From: Thermoproteota archaeon | Lineage (GTDB): Archaea; Thermoproteota; Thermoprotei; Thermofilales; B9-G17 | DNA length: 64,000 nt | Direction of reading: 5' to 3' | NCBI GenBank assembly: GCA_029258885.1 | Contig: JAPDJW010000002.1 | Span: 96,001-160,000, forward strand | Shown here: in pieces, positions 33,933-44,135 of the stretch | Layout of the letters: each line of letters begins with the position of its first letter | How positions within the stretch are numbered: the stretch's first letter is position 1 | Position numbers and translations under genes: made by a program | Notes under the pieces: model-generated | Database searches by the model: none | What the model was told of the DNA's origin: nothing | The model's input: the letters and a program-made list of their open reading frames with translations, nothing else

Positions 33933-36440
33933 ATGAAAGCCGTTATAATGGCTGGCGGCGAGGGGACTAGGCTTAGGCCCTTAACTTCTTATAGGCCTAA
34001 GCCTATGGTCCCCCTAGTTAATACACCTATTCTAGAGCATGTAATAAGGCTATTGAAGAGTCACAACATTAGGGATATAGTGCTGACCCTCCACTATCTC
34101 CCACAAACTATAATGGAGTATTTCTCTGATGGGTCAAGATTCGGCGTTAAGTTGAATTACAAGATTGAGGAAAAGCCCCTGGGAACTGCAGGTGGAGTTA
34201 GGAACTGCTATGATCTTCTTGATGAGAGGTTCATAGTTATAAGTGGCGATGTGTTTACAAACGTAAATATAAGCGAGATAGTGAAGTTTCACGTTAAGAG
34301 GGGGGCGTTAATAACCATAGCGTTTACGCGTTCTGATAATCCAACAGAGTATGGTATCGCGTTGCTCGACGACGAGGGGAGGGTAACCAGATACCTTGAG
34401 AAGCCGAGCTGGGGCGAGGTGTTCAGCGACCTAATAAACATGGGCATCTACGTCATAGAGCCTGAGCTACTTGAATATATTCCACGCAACACAACTTTCG
34501 ACTTCAGTAGAGATCTCTTCCCCCTACTTATAAGGAGGAATGAGGCAGTATACGGCTGGGTTACTGAGGACGTATATTGGAGCGACATAGGGACGCATAC
34601 GGAGTACCTTAAGACGCATAGAGATATCCTATCGGGTGTGGTTAAGGCCTACATACCCTCAAGAAGGAAGGATGACATATGGATTGGAAACAACGTTAAG
34701 GTAGAGGAAGGAGTTGAAATAGAGCCACCCGTAGTAATCGGAGATAACGTGAGGATAAAGAGCGGGGCGAGGATAGGGAAGTATACGGTGATAGGGAATG
34801 GAACCATAATAGATAGCGGCGTGCATATAGAGAGGTCTGTTATATGGGGGAACACCTACGTTGGATCAAACACCAGGATAATGGGGGCCATTATAGCCTC
34901 TAAGAACGACATTTCATCAGACGTATACATAGGGGAGGGCGCAGTAATAGGCGATGAATGTAAGATCGGGAGAGGAGTGATAATTAAATCAGGCATCAAA
35001 ATATGGCCAGCCAAGATAATAGACCCCTACACTACTGTCTCAATAAATTTAAAGTGGGGAATAAGGTGGGCAAAAAGGGTATTCGGGCCATGGGGCATCT
35101 CAGGACTAGCAAATATAGAGATAACCCCGGAGCTTGCCGTTAGAATAGGAATGGCCATAGGGACGTGGATAGGCAAGGGCAAGTCAGTCGTAGTTTCAAG
35201 GGATCCTTATAAGACATCAAGAATGCTGAAGAGAGCACTTGTCTCAGGGCTGCTCTCCACGGGGGTCTACGTCTATAATCTAAAGGTTGCAACAACGCCC
35301 ATGCTAAGATACTACATTAGGCATGCGGGGGCTAGCGCTGGAGTAGCCGTAATAACGCCAGTAGCAAACCCCTATTCAATTAAGATAAAGGTCTTCGATG
35401 AATCCGGGCTGGACATCTCTACGAGGGATAGAGAGAAGATAGAGAGAATACTGGCCAAGGAGGAGTTCAACAAGGTTCTAGCGGATGAGGTACTTGGAAT
35501 GTGCTATCCATCCGGAGTTGTGGAGAGCTACCTCAATAACCTTCTATCCAAGATTTCGACGAAGAAGGTCAAGAGGAGAAGGCCTAAAATAGTCATCGAC
35601 TGCGGCAACGGAGCAGCGTCCCTAGTAGCCCCTGTATTTTTCTCGAAGATAGGTGCTGAAGCAATACCGGTGAACGCTCGTTCGGAGGAGAACCTTCCGC
35701 CCAGAGATATCTCACAGATACCTGACATGGTTAAAACCCTAGCTGGAATAGTTAAAGCTGTTGAGGCTGATCTAGGCGTAATGTTCGATGAGGATGGAGA
35801 TAGAATAATAGTTATAGATGACTCCGGAAACGTAATCTCTGGAGACACCCTGCTCGCGCTGCTAGCTAAGGAGGAGCTAACTCTGAGCGGTGGAGGAAAC
35901 GTCGTAGTACCGGTCACTGCTTCCAGGGTAATGGATAAGATCATTAAGGAGTATGATGGAAGGGCTATAAGGGTTAAATCCGACGCCAGAGCCATACTTG
36001 AGGGTATAATTAAGCATGACGCTATTTTCGGGGGCGACGAGAGAGGAGCCTTCGCGTATCCTAGGTACATCGTCGGGTTCGATGGAGTAGTTGCCACCTA
36101 CAGGCTTCTCGAGGCAATATCCGAGGGAAGAAAGCTATCGGATATGGTTAAGAAGCTGCCGTTGACGTACATGGCTAAGAGCAGCTTTAAGGTATCAACC
36201 GAGCTCAGAGGTAAGATTATTAGGAGGATGCTGGAGGAGCTCAAGGAGAACAACATAGACGTGCTGGACGGAATAAAGGTAGTAGAGGAGCATGGATGGG
36301 TACTGATTAGACCAAGGCCCCACGAGCCGTTCTTCGACCTATACGCGGAGTCCGACAATCTAGAGCACGCAGAGACGCTACTGAGAAGATATACAACGTT
36401 CGTCCACAATATTCTCTCAAGAATTGGGGGAACTGAATGA
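33933..36440 (+). CDS. Mannose-1-phosphate guanylyltransferase-like NDP-sugar synthase fused to a phosphomannomutase-like domain
   Basis: MAGGEGTRLRPLT, hexapeptide repeats, and a PGM/PMM-fold C-terminus with FDEDGDR. Confidence 0.9.
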   Translation: MKAVIMAGGEGTRLRPLTSYRPKPMVPLVNTPILEHVIRLLKSHNIRDIVLTLHYLPQTIMEYFSDGSRFGVKLNYKIEEKPLGTAGGVRNCYDLLDERFIVISGDVFTNVNISEIVKFHVKRGALITIAFTRSDNPTEYGIALLDDEGRVTRYLEKPSWGEVFSDLINMGIYVIEPELLEYIPRNTTFDFSRDLFPLLIRRNEAVYGWVTEDVYWSDIGTHTEYLKTHRDILSGVVKAYIPSRRKDDIWIGNNVKVEEGVEIEPPVVIGDNVRIKSGARIGKYTVIGNGTIIDSGVHIERSVIWGNTYVGSNTRIMGAIIASKNDISSDVYIGEGAVIGDECKIGRGVIIKSGIKIWPAKIIDPYTTVSINLKWGIRWAKRVFGPWGISGLANIEITPELAVRIGMAIGTWIGKGKSVVVSRDPYKTSRMLKRALVSGLLSTGVYVYNLKVATTPMLRYYIRHAGASAGVAVITPVANPYSIKIKVFDESGLDISTRDREKIERILAKEEFNKVLADEVLGMCYPSGVVESYLNNLLSKISTKKVKRRRPKIVIDCGNGAASLVAPVFFSKIGAEAIPVNARSEENLPPRDISQIPDMVKTLAGIVKAVEADLGVMFDEDGDRIIVIDDSGNVISGDTLLALLAKEELTLSGGGNVVVPVTASRVMDKIIKEYDGRAIRVKSDARAILEGIIKHDAIFGGDERGAFAYPRYIVGFDGVVATYRLLEAISEGRKLSDMVKKLPLTYMAKSSFKVSTELRGKIIRRMLEELKENNIDVLDGIKVVEEHGWVLIRPRPHEPFFDLYAESDNLEHAETLLRRYTTFVHNILSRIGGTE

Positions 36441-37630
36441 ATAGTTTCAGGAGCGAGTTTCCGCAATTAAAGCGCTTAACCTACCTAAATACGGCTGCCG
36501 ATGGACTTCTACCTCTAAGGACTATTAAGGCATGTAGGAGGCTTATAGGAAGGTTTAGGGTAGGCGTACCCCGCGACACATATACACGTAACGTAATCGG
36601 GAAGCTAAAGAATGAGCTGGCCAAGCTATTTAATGTTCCACCGCATTGCTTTGCTCTAACCTTAAGTACAACCACTGGGCTTAAATTAGCATTAAGCCTA
36701 ATTGACGTTAAGAAGGGCGAGAACATAGTTAGCTTCGATCTAGAGTTTCCCGGTGTTGCATGGGTCGTAAAGTCAAAGTGTAGGCAGGCGGGATGCACCC
36801 TAAGAGTTGTAAAACACAGAAATGGAAGATACGACTACGGCGAAATAGAGAAAGCTGTGGACGACAAAACGAAGGCGATAGTTCTAAGTAGCGTGGAGTG
36901 GGTAAATGGTTTTAAATTCGATTTAAAGAAGATGAGTGAAATAGCTTCATCGGTAAACGCCTACCTTATAGTTGACGCCGTACAGCATGCCGGAGCCTTA
37001 AGGCTCGATTTAAGCAGAGTTAAAGTGGATATATTAGTTTCAAGTAGCAACAAATGGCTGATAACACCTAAGGTAGGATGCGGATTCACATACATCAATC
37101 CCGAGATACTGGATGAGCTCAAGGAACCGTTATACGGCCTACACAACATGGAGGAGCCTCGAGGCGGATGGGAGAAGTGGTGGGCAAAACCCGATAAGGA
37201 CGTATGGAGCTATTTTAAGCCTATAAGGAAGGCTTCAAGGTATGAGTGGGGCGGGACGCCGCCGCTACTTAACATCTATGCCACCTATACTTCAATAAGT
37301 ATGATAAATGAAGCGGGCATAGAGAGGATAGAGAGCATAAACATGAATTTAAAGCGTTATCTTATAGACGAGCTGCGTAATTTAGGCGTTGAGAGGATCT
37401 ACTTAATAGATGAACCTAGCTCTTGGTCAAGCATAACATTGTTTAATGTTTCCGGTAAGATTGAGAAGGATATGAGGATAGCGTATGAGCTCAGGAAACG
37501 TAACGTAAGGTTATCTTATAGGGGGACTGCTGGAATAGGAGGCATACGAGTATCTCCTCATTTCTACAATAGCAGGGACGATATCGATAGGCTAATCTTT
37601 CACCTAAGAGAGTTAATGAAGAATCTTTAA
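36437..37630 (+). CDS. Class V PLP-dependent aminotransferase (cysteine desulfurase / selenocysteine lyase-like)
   Basis: YLNTAADG, VDAVQHAG, SSSNKWL (PLP lysine) and RVSPHFYN. Confidence 0.88.
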   Translation: MNSFRSEFPQLKRLTYLNTAADGLLPLRTIKACRRLIGRFRVGVPRDTYTRNVIGKLKNELAKLFNVPPHCFALTLSTTTGLKLALSLIDVKKGENIVSFDLEFPGVAWVVKSKCRQAGCTLRVVKHRNGRYDYGEIEKAVDDKTKAIVLSSVEWVNGFKFDLKKMSEIASSVNAYLIVDAVQHAGALRLDLSRVKVDILVSSSNKWLITPKVGCGFTYINPEILDELKEPLYGLHNMEEPRGGWEKWWAKPDKDVWSYFKPIRKASRYEWGGTPPLLNIYATYTSISMINEAGIERIESINMNLKRYLIDELRNLGVERIYLIDEPSSWSSITLFNVSGKIEKDMRIAYELRKRNVRLSYRGTAGIGGIRVSPHFYNSRDDIDRLIFHLRELMKNL

Positions 37631-37752
37631 CTCAAAATTGTGAGTTAATTTATTTAAAATCTTCTTCAAAGAGAAATTGGTGGCATGGCGTAAAGACGAT
37701 ATTTGTTATCGTTTTTGCCGCTTTATCTGCGGGAGGCCTAATATATGTGTGA

Positions 37753-37956
37753 ATATCGAACAAACTATTCTGGTCGATTTCTAGAATAGCGCTACTAGTC
37801 TCGCTGGAAGGACACGGAAGAACAACGCCTGTAAACAGAGCCATAATGGTAGATGTACATACAGTGTCTTCAATACTTACGGTAGCTCTAGCCATAATCC
37901 ACATATACTTAAACTGGAACTGCATAGCAAGCTACGTTAAAATGGCCTTAAATTAA
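37753..37956 (+). pseudogene. DUF4405-like two-histidine membrane protein remnant
   Basis: Frame reads ...VDVHTVSSILTVALAIIHIYLNWNCIASYVK*. An in-frame TGA at 37750 separates it from an upstream hydrophobic stretch, and there is no good start. Confidence 0.4.
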
Positions 37957-38231
37957 GATAAACCGAGCTTTACGAGAATATCCAAGGCTTTCTCAAGCTT
38001 ATCCAGCTCCTTTAAGCCCTTTTCAGTGATATAATACACCCTAGACTTACCCGTGTCCCTAGCTGATATAATCATGTTCTTCTCAAGGGACACTATAATA
38101 AGCTTAAGCCTATCATAGGGCATGTTAACGTACTCACAAAGTCTAGTAGCTGGCATCGGCCCTACCTGCTTCAACACCCTAAGTATCTCAACCAGTACCG
38201 AAAGCCTAGACCTATATCTCCTTCTCGGCAT
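37953..38231 (-). CDS. Winged helix-turn-helix transcriptional regulator
   Basis: MPRRRYRSRLSVLVEIL...ATRLCEYVNMPYDRL...YYITEKG; ATG at 38231 is preceded by GGAGG. Confidence 0.85.
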   Translation of the reverse strand: MPRRRYRSRLSVLVEILRVLKQVGPMPATRLCEYVNMPYDRLKLIIVSLEKNMIISARDTGKSRVYYITEKGLKELDKLEKALDILVKLGLS

Positions 38232-38819
38232 TTCCTCCAGCCTTAACAAACCATATACCACACATCAGAGTAATGAAGGCCACCGATCTAACGAAAGCCG
38301 AATAAAGGTATAGAATTGGACTTGGAACCACTAGCATTAGGTGGGAGAAAATAGGAGAAACGCCATATCAATGTATGTAAACGCCTTCCTCTTAACAGCC
38401 ATTACAAGCAGAAGTGCCAAGGCTGTAGCGGAGATTATTTCACATACTGTCCATAGGAGAGGCATATCCTTGCCAGCTAAAAACAGAGCTAACGAACCCA
38501 AAGAATACCTGCTATTTTCAGGCTTAAAATCAATGAAGTAGGCTACAGTTAGCAGTAGGTAGGACATCGGGTAAAGTACTATATGAGGCGAATAAAGGAG
38601 TGCGGAAATTATCCAGTGGAACCTAGCTGAATGATACGATCCTGTAAAATATCCATATGCTCCAAATCCTAAAACCATGGTCTCGATGCCCAATGCCAGA
38701 GAAAGTATGGCTAGTGAAAGCGAGAGAATATACACCTTTTTCTCTCTGGCATATCCGCCTATTCTAAGTAACCTATAGATCGTGAGGATAAGTAGCGCTA
38801 TAGATATAAAGTTAAGCAC
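38212..38819 (-). pseudogene. Multi-pass membrane protein with a frameshift
   Basis: Adding one T to the T4 run (plus-strand A4 at 38348-38351) extends the ORF as FFSHLMLVV...AEKEI* to 38212, overlapping the wHTH start. The 5' end also appears frameshifted. Confidence 0.6.
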
Positions 38820-38939
38820 TAGAGAGACTGCTATGACGTAGCCGTGTAGACCTCTATGCCACTCTGAAGCACCTATCCCACTTTTTCAACACTTCATAAT
38901 AGTACTTCTGGAGATAAAAGTTCGATTATTGAGAGCAGA

Positions 38940-38994
38940 GCATCAGGCGCGAGAAGATTCGTCACCGCTCAGCTTACCGTCGTTTCATCCTCCA
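38940..38994 (-). ncRNA. Archaeal box C/D methylation-guide sRNA
   Basis: AGGATGA (C) - 12-nt guide AACGACGGTAAG - CTGA (D') - GCGG - TGACGA (C') - 12-nt guide ATCTTCTCGCGC - CTGA (D). It is intergenic, with a TATA box upstream. Confidence 0.82.
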
Positions 38995-39014
38995 CTATAT
39001 AACTTCAAGGACCC

Positions 39015-39030
39015 TATTAAATCTTTGCTT
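39015..39030 (-). promoter_or_regulatory. BRE/TATA promoter of the C/D sRNA
   Basis: AAGCAAAGA-TTTAATA on the minus strand, about 23 nt upstream of box C. Confidence 0.55.
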
Positions 39031-39275
39031 CAAAAAATAGAACTAGTACATAGACTTTTACTAAAGTAAAGGATCACAGCAAGAACTTTAAGTTCAAGCC
39101 ACAATAATAGCATCACCAGTGATTATATAGCTAAAAAATATTTTATGAAAAGGGTTTATCAGTATGCAAATATCTAATTCTAACATTTTATAATTAAAAA
39201 ATCTTAGAAAAAGTTGCTAAATCAATAAAAATTCATAGAAACGCTTATAATAAAAGTGATGTTTCGTATATTCTC

Positions 39276-40538
39276 ATGCAGGTCGCAGCATTAAAACAGT
39301 TGGTTATTGGAATATTGATTGGCATAGTAATTGGATCGGGAGTTCTCTACGGGTTAGCATCAGCAGAGATAATATCGATAACGCCGTCAGGCGTAGTAAA
39401 GAAGTTACCGAAGGAAATACCCATAGGTGTTCTACTCCCCCTGCAGGGCCCACTATCCACGTACGGTAATAAATGGAAGTATGCTGTCCAAATGGCATTC
39501 GAAGACGTCAATAACTACGTAAAACTCCTCGGATACGATATAACATTCAAGCCGCTCATAGAGGATACTCAAGTAAACCCAGAGCTGGCATTAACCGCCG
39601 TAAAGAACCTCTACTCTAAGGGCGTTAAGGTAATAATAGGTCCAGCCGCAAGCTCAGAGGTAAAGGCGATAGCCTCAACGGTTAACTCGTATAAGATAGT
39701 CGTAATATCGCCGTCCTCGACAGCACCAGATCTAGCTATACCAAACGACTTCATATTCAGGCTAGTAATCATAGATGCAATACAGGGACGTGCAATAGCG
39801 AAGCTAATTCTGAAGCATAACATAACGAAGGTCGTGGTCCTCTACAGGAAGGACGACTGGGGACAAGGATTATTCGATGCATTTAAAGAAAACTTTGAAT
39901 CCCTAGGGGGAACTGTTGTCGGCATACCGTTTGATCCAAAGGCTGAGGAGTTCTCTGCTGAAGTCAGGCAGGCCGCCGATGCACTACAGAATATGGGTAC
40001 AGAAGGATCAGGCGTGCTATTGATATCGTTTGAGGATGATGGGGTAAGCGTATTGAACACCGCAAAGGATATAGAGATACTAGGGCAGGTTATGTGGTTC
40101 GGATGCGATGGCACGGCTTTCTCAGGCAAGATACCGAGCCAGGTGGGGGACTTCGTAATAAGGGTTGGGGGACTACCGAGCACAATATTTTATCCGCAGA
40201 AATCAGTTAAAACCGATGAGTTTAGGCAGAGATATCTGAACGAGGTAGGGGAGGAGATAGATTCCTACGGCCTCAACATATACGACTGCGTATGGGTTGC
40301 TGCACTAAGCATACTTGAAGCAGGAGAATACGATGGAGAAGTCATAAAGAATGTATTGCCGGAGGTCGCATCGAGGTACTTTGGAGTAAGCGGATGGACG
40401 TTGCTCGATGAGGCAGGCGATAGAATTGGAGGCGGAGACTATATAATAGTGAAAATTGTACAGGAGGGCAGCGGTCTAAAGTGGATTGAAGCTGGAACGT
40501 ACATTATAGCTAAGGATATAATCGAATTTAGGGAGTAG
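39276..40538 (+). CDS. Branched-chain amino acid type ABC transporter substrate-binding protein
   Basis: N-terminal TM anchor, IPIGVLLPLQGPLS, IIGPAASS and ISPSSTAPDL. Confidence 0.9.
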   Translation: MQVAALKQLVIGILIGIVIGSGVLYGLASAEIISITPSGVVKKLPKEIPIGVLLPLQGPLSTYGNKWKYAVQMAFEDVNNYVKLLGYDITFKPLIEDTQVNPELALTAVKNLYSKGVKVIIGPAASSEVKAIASTVNSYKIVVISPSSTAPDLAIPNDFIFRLVIIDAIQGRAIAKLILKHNITKVVVLYRKDDWGQGLFDAFKENFESLGGTVVGIPFDPKAEEFSAEVRQAADALQNMGTEGSGVLLISFEDDGVSVLNTAKDIEILGQVMWFGCDGTAFSGKIPSQVGDFVIRVGGLPSTIFYPQKSVKTDEFRQRYLNEVGEEIDSYGLNIYDCVWVAALSILEAGEYDGEVIKNVLPEVASRYFGVSGWTLLDEAGDRIGGGDYIIVKIVQEGSGLKWIEAGTYIIAKDIIEFRE

Positions 40539-40634
40539 AAATCTTAATATATAACCTCTCTTTTTTATCTAAAAAATCATTACCATCAATAATAATATAT
40601 TGAATAAAAAATTACTAATAGTAATAGTGATCGT

Positions 40635-41399
40635 ATGGAGCCTGAATACATAATATACGCAGAGAACGTGTACAAGAGCTTTGGTGGAGTAGTTGCATTA
40701 AGGAATGTTTCACTAGGATTGAGGCCGAGAACTATAACGATGATAATAGGTCCAAATGGAAGTGGAAAAACCACACTAATAAATGTGATATCCGGTGTAT
40801 ATAGGCCGGATCGAGGAAGGATATTCTTCGATGGAACGGATATTACGGGATGGCCTCCTCACAGAATCTTCAGCAGGGGATTAGCTAGAACATTCCAGGT
40901 ACCAGCACTCTTCACAAAGCTTACAGTTCTCGAAAATATGCTTGTAGTAGCTAGGGGTAATCCCGGCGAAAGCTTGTTCAAGGCAATTTTCAGAGGAAGT
41001 TGGATTAAGTATGAGGAGGAGCTAGTGGAGAAGGCGTTCAGAATCCTCGATATTCTTAATCTAAGTGATCTGTGGGATAAGAGGGCGCGTGAGCTAAGCG
41101 GAGGACAAATGAAGCTCTTGGAGATAGGTAGGACGTTAATGTGCGATCCAACGGCGATCTTAATGGATGAGCCGCTCGCCGGCGTTAATCCAAGCTTAGC
41201 ATACAATATACTCGAGTACCTGAGGAACATTAGGGATAGGGAGAACGTATCCTTCCTTGTAATAGAGCATAGGCTGGACATAATTTTGCCCTATATTGAC
41301 TATGTCTATTTCATGGTTGGGGGAAGGGTCTTTGCTCAAGGCAGACCTGAGGAGGTTATGGAGAATAAGGCTGTGCTAGAGGCCTACTTGGGTGAGTAG
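40635..41399 (+). CDS. livG: LIV-type ABC transporter ATPase
   Basis: GPNGSGKTT, ARTFQ, LSGGQ, LMDEP. Confidence 0.88.
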   Translation: MEPEYIIYAENVYKSFGGVVALRNVSLGLRPRTITMIIGPNGSGKTTLINVISGVYRPDRGRIFFDGTDITGWPPHRIFSRGLARTFQVPALFTKLTVLENMLVVARGNPGESLFKAIFRGSWIKYEEELVEKAFRILDILNLSDLWDKRARELSGGQMKLLEIGRTLMCDPTAILMDEPLAGVNPSLAYNILEYLRNIRDRENVSFLVIEHRLDIILPYIDYVYFMVGGRVFAQGRPEEVMENKAVLEAYLGE

Positions 41400-42135
41400 T
41401 ATGGTGTTGCTTAAAGTTGAGAATTTAAACTCCGGATATAATGGTCTCCAAGTACTGTATAGCGTGAACATAGAAGTTGAAGAGAACGAGATAGTAGCGG
41501 TTATAGGTCCGAATGGAAGCGGAAAATCCACACTATTGAAATCGCTCTTCGGCCTAGTAACGATCTACAGCGGCAGGATACTCTTTGAAGATAGGGATAT
41601 AACTAGGCTAAAGCCCCATGAGAGAGCTAGGCTGGGCCTAGTATACCTGCCGCAGGTTGGAAGTACGTTTGAGAAGCTTACGGTTAGGGAAAATATAGCT
41701 ATGGCTAGCTTTCTTCTTAATCCCTCTATTAGAAGGAAGAGGATTGAAAACGCCCTAGAAATATTCCCCATCGTAAGGAAGTTCATGGATAGAAAGGTCT
41801 ATACTCTAAGCGGTGGAGAAAGGCAGATGGTTGCAATAACAATGGCGCTAATACGCAACCCCAAGCTGATAATGTTCGATGAACCGACGGCGAGCCTAGC
41901 TCCAAAGATAGCTAGAGAAATAATAGATAAGATAGTTCTACTCAGGAGGGAGCATGGGCTATCCATAATACTAGTGGAGCAGAACACTAGGCTTGCGCTG
42001 GAGGTCAGCGATAGAGCATACATACTTGTTACGGGCAGGTGCATATATCATGGCGAATCACGTGAGCTACTAAACGATAGGGATCTAGGAAAACTTTACT
42101 TGGGGTTGGCGCACCGTGAAGATGGATTCAGCTAG
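41392..42135 (+). CDS. livF: LIV-type ABC transporter ATPase
   Basis: GPNGSGKST, LSGGERQM, LVEQN. Confidence 0.88.
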   Translation: MSSMVLLKVENLNSGYNGLQVLYSVNIEVEENEIVAVIGPNGSGKSTLLKSLFGLVTIYSGRILFEDRDITRLKPHERARLGLVYLPQVGSTFEKLTVRENIAMASFLLNPSIRRKRIENALEIFPIVRKFMDRKVYTLSGGERQMVAITMALIRNPKLIMFDEPTASLAPKIAREIIDKIVLLRREHGLSIILVEQNTRLALEVSDRAYILVTGRCIYHGESRELLNDRDLGKLYLGLAHREDGFS

Positions 42136-43111
42136 CTTAACTCCGCTTATATTCCTTATGACATTGATAACAATACTTATCCTATTTACTCCTCCCGACC
42201 TCCTCCTGAATTCTCTCACGTTCAGCAATATAATTTCAATGCTGACTGTAGGGCTCGTGCTCACGTATCTAACGTTAAAAGTACCTAACTTCGCTCACGG
42301 AGATTTGGCAAGCATAGGTTTCTACGTATCGTATGCATTGTACAGGGCATATGGATTAAACCCCTATTTCTCGATACCAGTATCTTTCCTGGTCTCTGGG
42401 GCTGTTGCGCTGATGATATATAAGGCGGTGTATAGGGTACTGCAGAGGAGGAGGGCGGATATGGTCAACTTAATGGTGGCTTCAATAGCAGTTGACATAA
42501 TAATTCGAACAATCCTCTACATATATTCGGATGCAATGAGGGAATACACTAGGACGTTCTATAGGGGCTTTATATTTCACGACGTAACATTTAGGGTAGG
42601 ATGTTATAGCGTATCGTTCGTGGCTATAGCCTCGACGATAGCCTCCGTATCGATGGTGCTTGCCCTCTACTATCTACTCATGAAGACCAAAACAGGAATA
42701 GCGATGAGGGCCGCTATAGAGAATCCAGATCTAGCGGAAACCCTCGGGATAGATATAGATAAAATGTACTCGTTATCTTGGTTCATCGCAGGGGGAATAG
42801 CCGGAGCCGCTGGAGTATTCATACCCTTCAGAATGGCTTCATATCCCGACACTGGCTGGAATCTGCTGTTGAGGATGTTCTCAGCGGCTGTGCTTGGAGG
42901 CCTAGATAACATATTCGGCGCAATAGTGGGAGGATACATGGTCGGCCTCATCGAGGTCCTTGGGATATACTACCTTTCGAAGCCCCCAATTTACCTTTCA
43001 TCGGCCTATAGACCAGCTATTCCCTACGTAATTTTATTCTCAGTTCTTCTGTTTGCTCCGAAGGGTGTATTAAACCTAGTACTGGGCAGGAGGTGTGGGA
43101 AACATGATTGA
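42116..43111 (+). CDS. livH: LIV-type ABC transporter permease
   Basis: VPNFAHGD, KTGIAMRAAIENPDLAETLGI, AVLGGL. Confidence 0.88.
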   Translation: MKMDSASLTPLIFLMTLITILILFTPPDLLLNSLTFSNIISMLTVGLVLTYLTLKVPNFAHGDLASIGFYVSYALYRAYGLNPYFSIPVSFLVSGAVALMIYKAVYRVLQRRRADMVNLMVASIAVDIIIRTILYIYSDAMREYTRTFYRGFIFHDVTFRVGCYSVSFVAIASTIASVSMVLALYYLLMKTKTGIAMRAAIENPDLAETLGIDIDKMYSLSWFIAGGIAGAAGVFIPFRMASYPDTGWNLLLRMFSAAVLGGLDNIFGAIVGGYMVGLIEVLGIYYLSKPPIYLSSAYRPAIPYVILFSVLLFAPKGVLNLVLGRRCGKHD

Positions 43112-44135
43112 TATCTTCGTACTAATCCTAGATTTCCTAGCCTTCTTTTCGATATACCTTATACTCTCGATAAGCTTAAACCTAGAGTACGGATACACGG
43201 GAATACCGAACTTCGGTAAGGTTCTCTTCTTCGCAGGAGGAGCGTTTACAGTAGGTGCATTAGCTTCCAGAATAATAGCTCCACTGGTAGGAGTGAACCT
43301 AGCTGAAATAGACTTCGTAAAGTACAATGCCTTTCTAGGCATAAAGGTAACGAACTTCTTCGCAGAAAACCCCCACATAGCACTGCTAATGTTTATAGCA
43401 TTACTCGCGTTAGCAATGATGGTGGGCGCCATTTTGGGATATCTAGCTTCCTATCCAGCAATTAGATTAAGAGAAGACTATCTTGGAATGGTCCTAGTAG
43501 TCTCAGGAGAATTAGCTAGAATAATAGGCAAAAACTATGATCCATTAATATGCGGCACCTTCGGCGTATTCGTCCCAGATCCATTCTCGTGGGCTGGAAG
43601 ACTCCAATCGATAGTAAGAGTTGCAGTAATGCTGGCAATAGCCTACCTAGCTTTCCTAACCGTAGAGAAGCTGTCCAGATCCCCCTACGGTAGAGTGCTA
43701 AGAGCCATTAGGGATAACGAAGTGGCTGCAGACGCCTACGGGAAGAATATCGTTAAGGTGAGAATGCAGGTACTTGTCATAGGGTCTGCGCTCGCGGGGC
43801 TGGCGGGAGCGCTATACGCCTTCTATATGGGGACAGTTCATCCAGATGACTACTCTCCTCTCAAAACTTTTGTTATATGGATAATGGTAATAATGGGAGG
43901 CAGGGGGAACAATACTGGGGCAGCGGTGGGAGCATTAATATATCTGCTCGTAAACAGGACTATATCCTTCATTAAGCACTGGCTATATGCTCCATTCGAC
44001 GTCAACTACTTAAGCTACCTAATCTTCGGCGCCATAATAATCCTGATACTGATATACAAGCCGCAGGGGCTAATCCCCGAGAAACCTAGCGAAACGCTAG
44101 ACTTTAGGAAATACTTGAAGAAAACTAAATCCTAA
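43095..44135 (+). CDS. livM: LIV-type ABC transporter permease
   Basis: GYTGIPNFG, RLREDYL, SPYGRVLRAIRDNE, MGGRGN. Confidence 0.88.
   Translation: MGNMIDIFVLILDFLAFFSIYLILSISLNLEYGYTGIPNFGKVLFFAGGAFTVGALASRIIAPLVGVNLAEIDFVKYNAFLGIKVTNFFAENPHIALLMFIALLALAMMVGAILGYLASYPAIRLREDYLGMVLVVSGELARIIGKNYDPLICGTFGVFVPDPFSWAGRLQSIVRVAVMLAIAYLAFLTVEKLSRSPYGRVLRAIRDNEVAADAYGKNIVKVRMQVLVIGSALAGLAGALYAFYMGTVHPDDYSPLKTFVIWIMVIMGGRGNNTGAAVGALIYLLVNRTISFIKHWLYAPFDVNYLSYLIFGAIIILILIYKPQGLIPEKPSETLDFRKYLKKTKS

Noticed and set aside
35528-36466. Long antisense ORFs (189 and 122 aa)
   Set aside because: Shadow frames of the well-supported nucleotidyltransferase/PMM gene; the same applies to 59280-59870 and the other antisense ORFs in the track
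37650-37925. 91-aa minus-strand ORF
   Set aside because: No recognisable features; the plus strand gives a better, DUF4405-like reading
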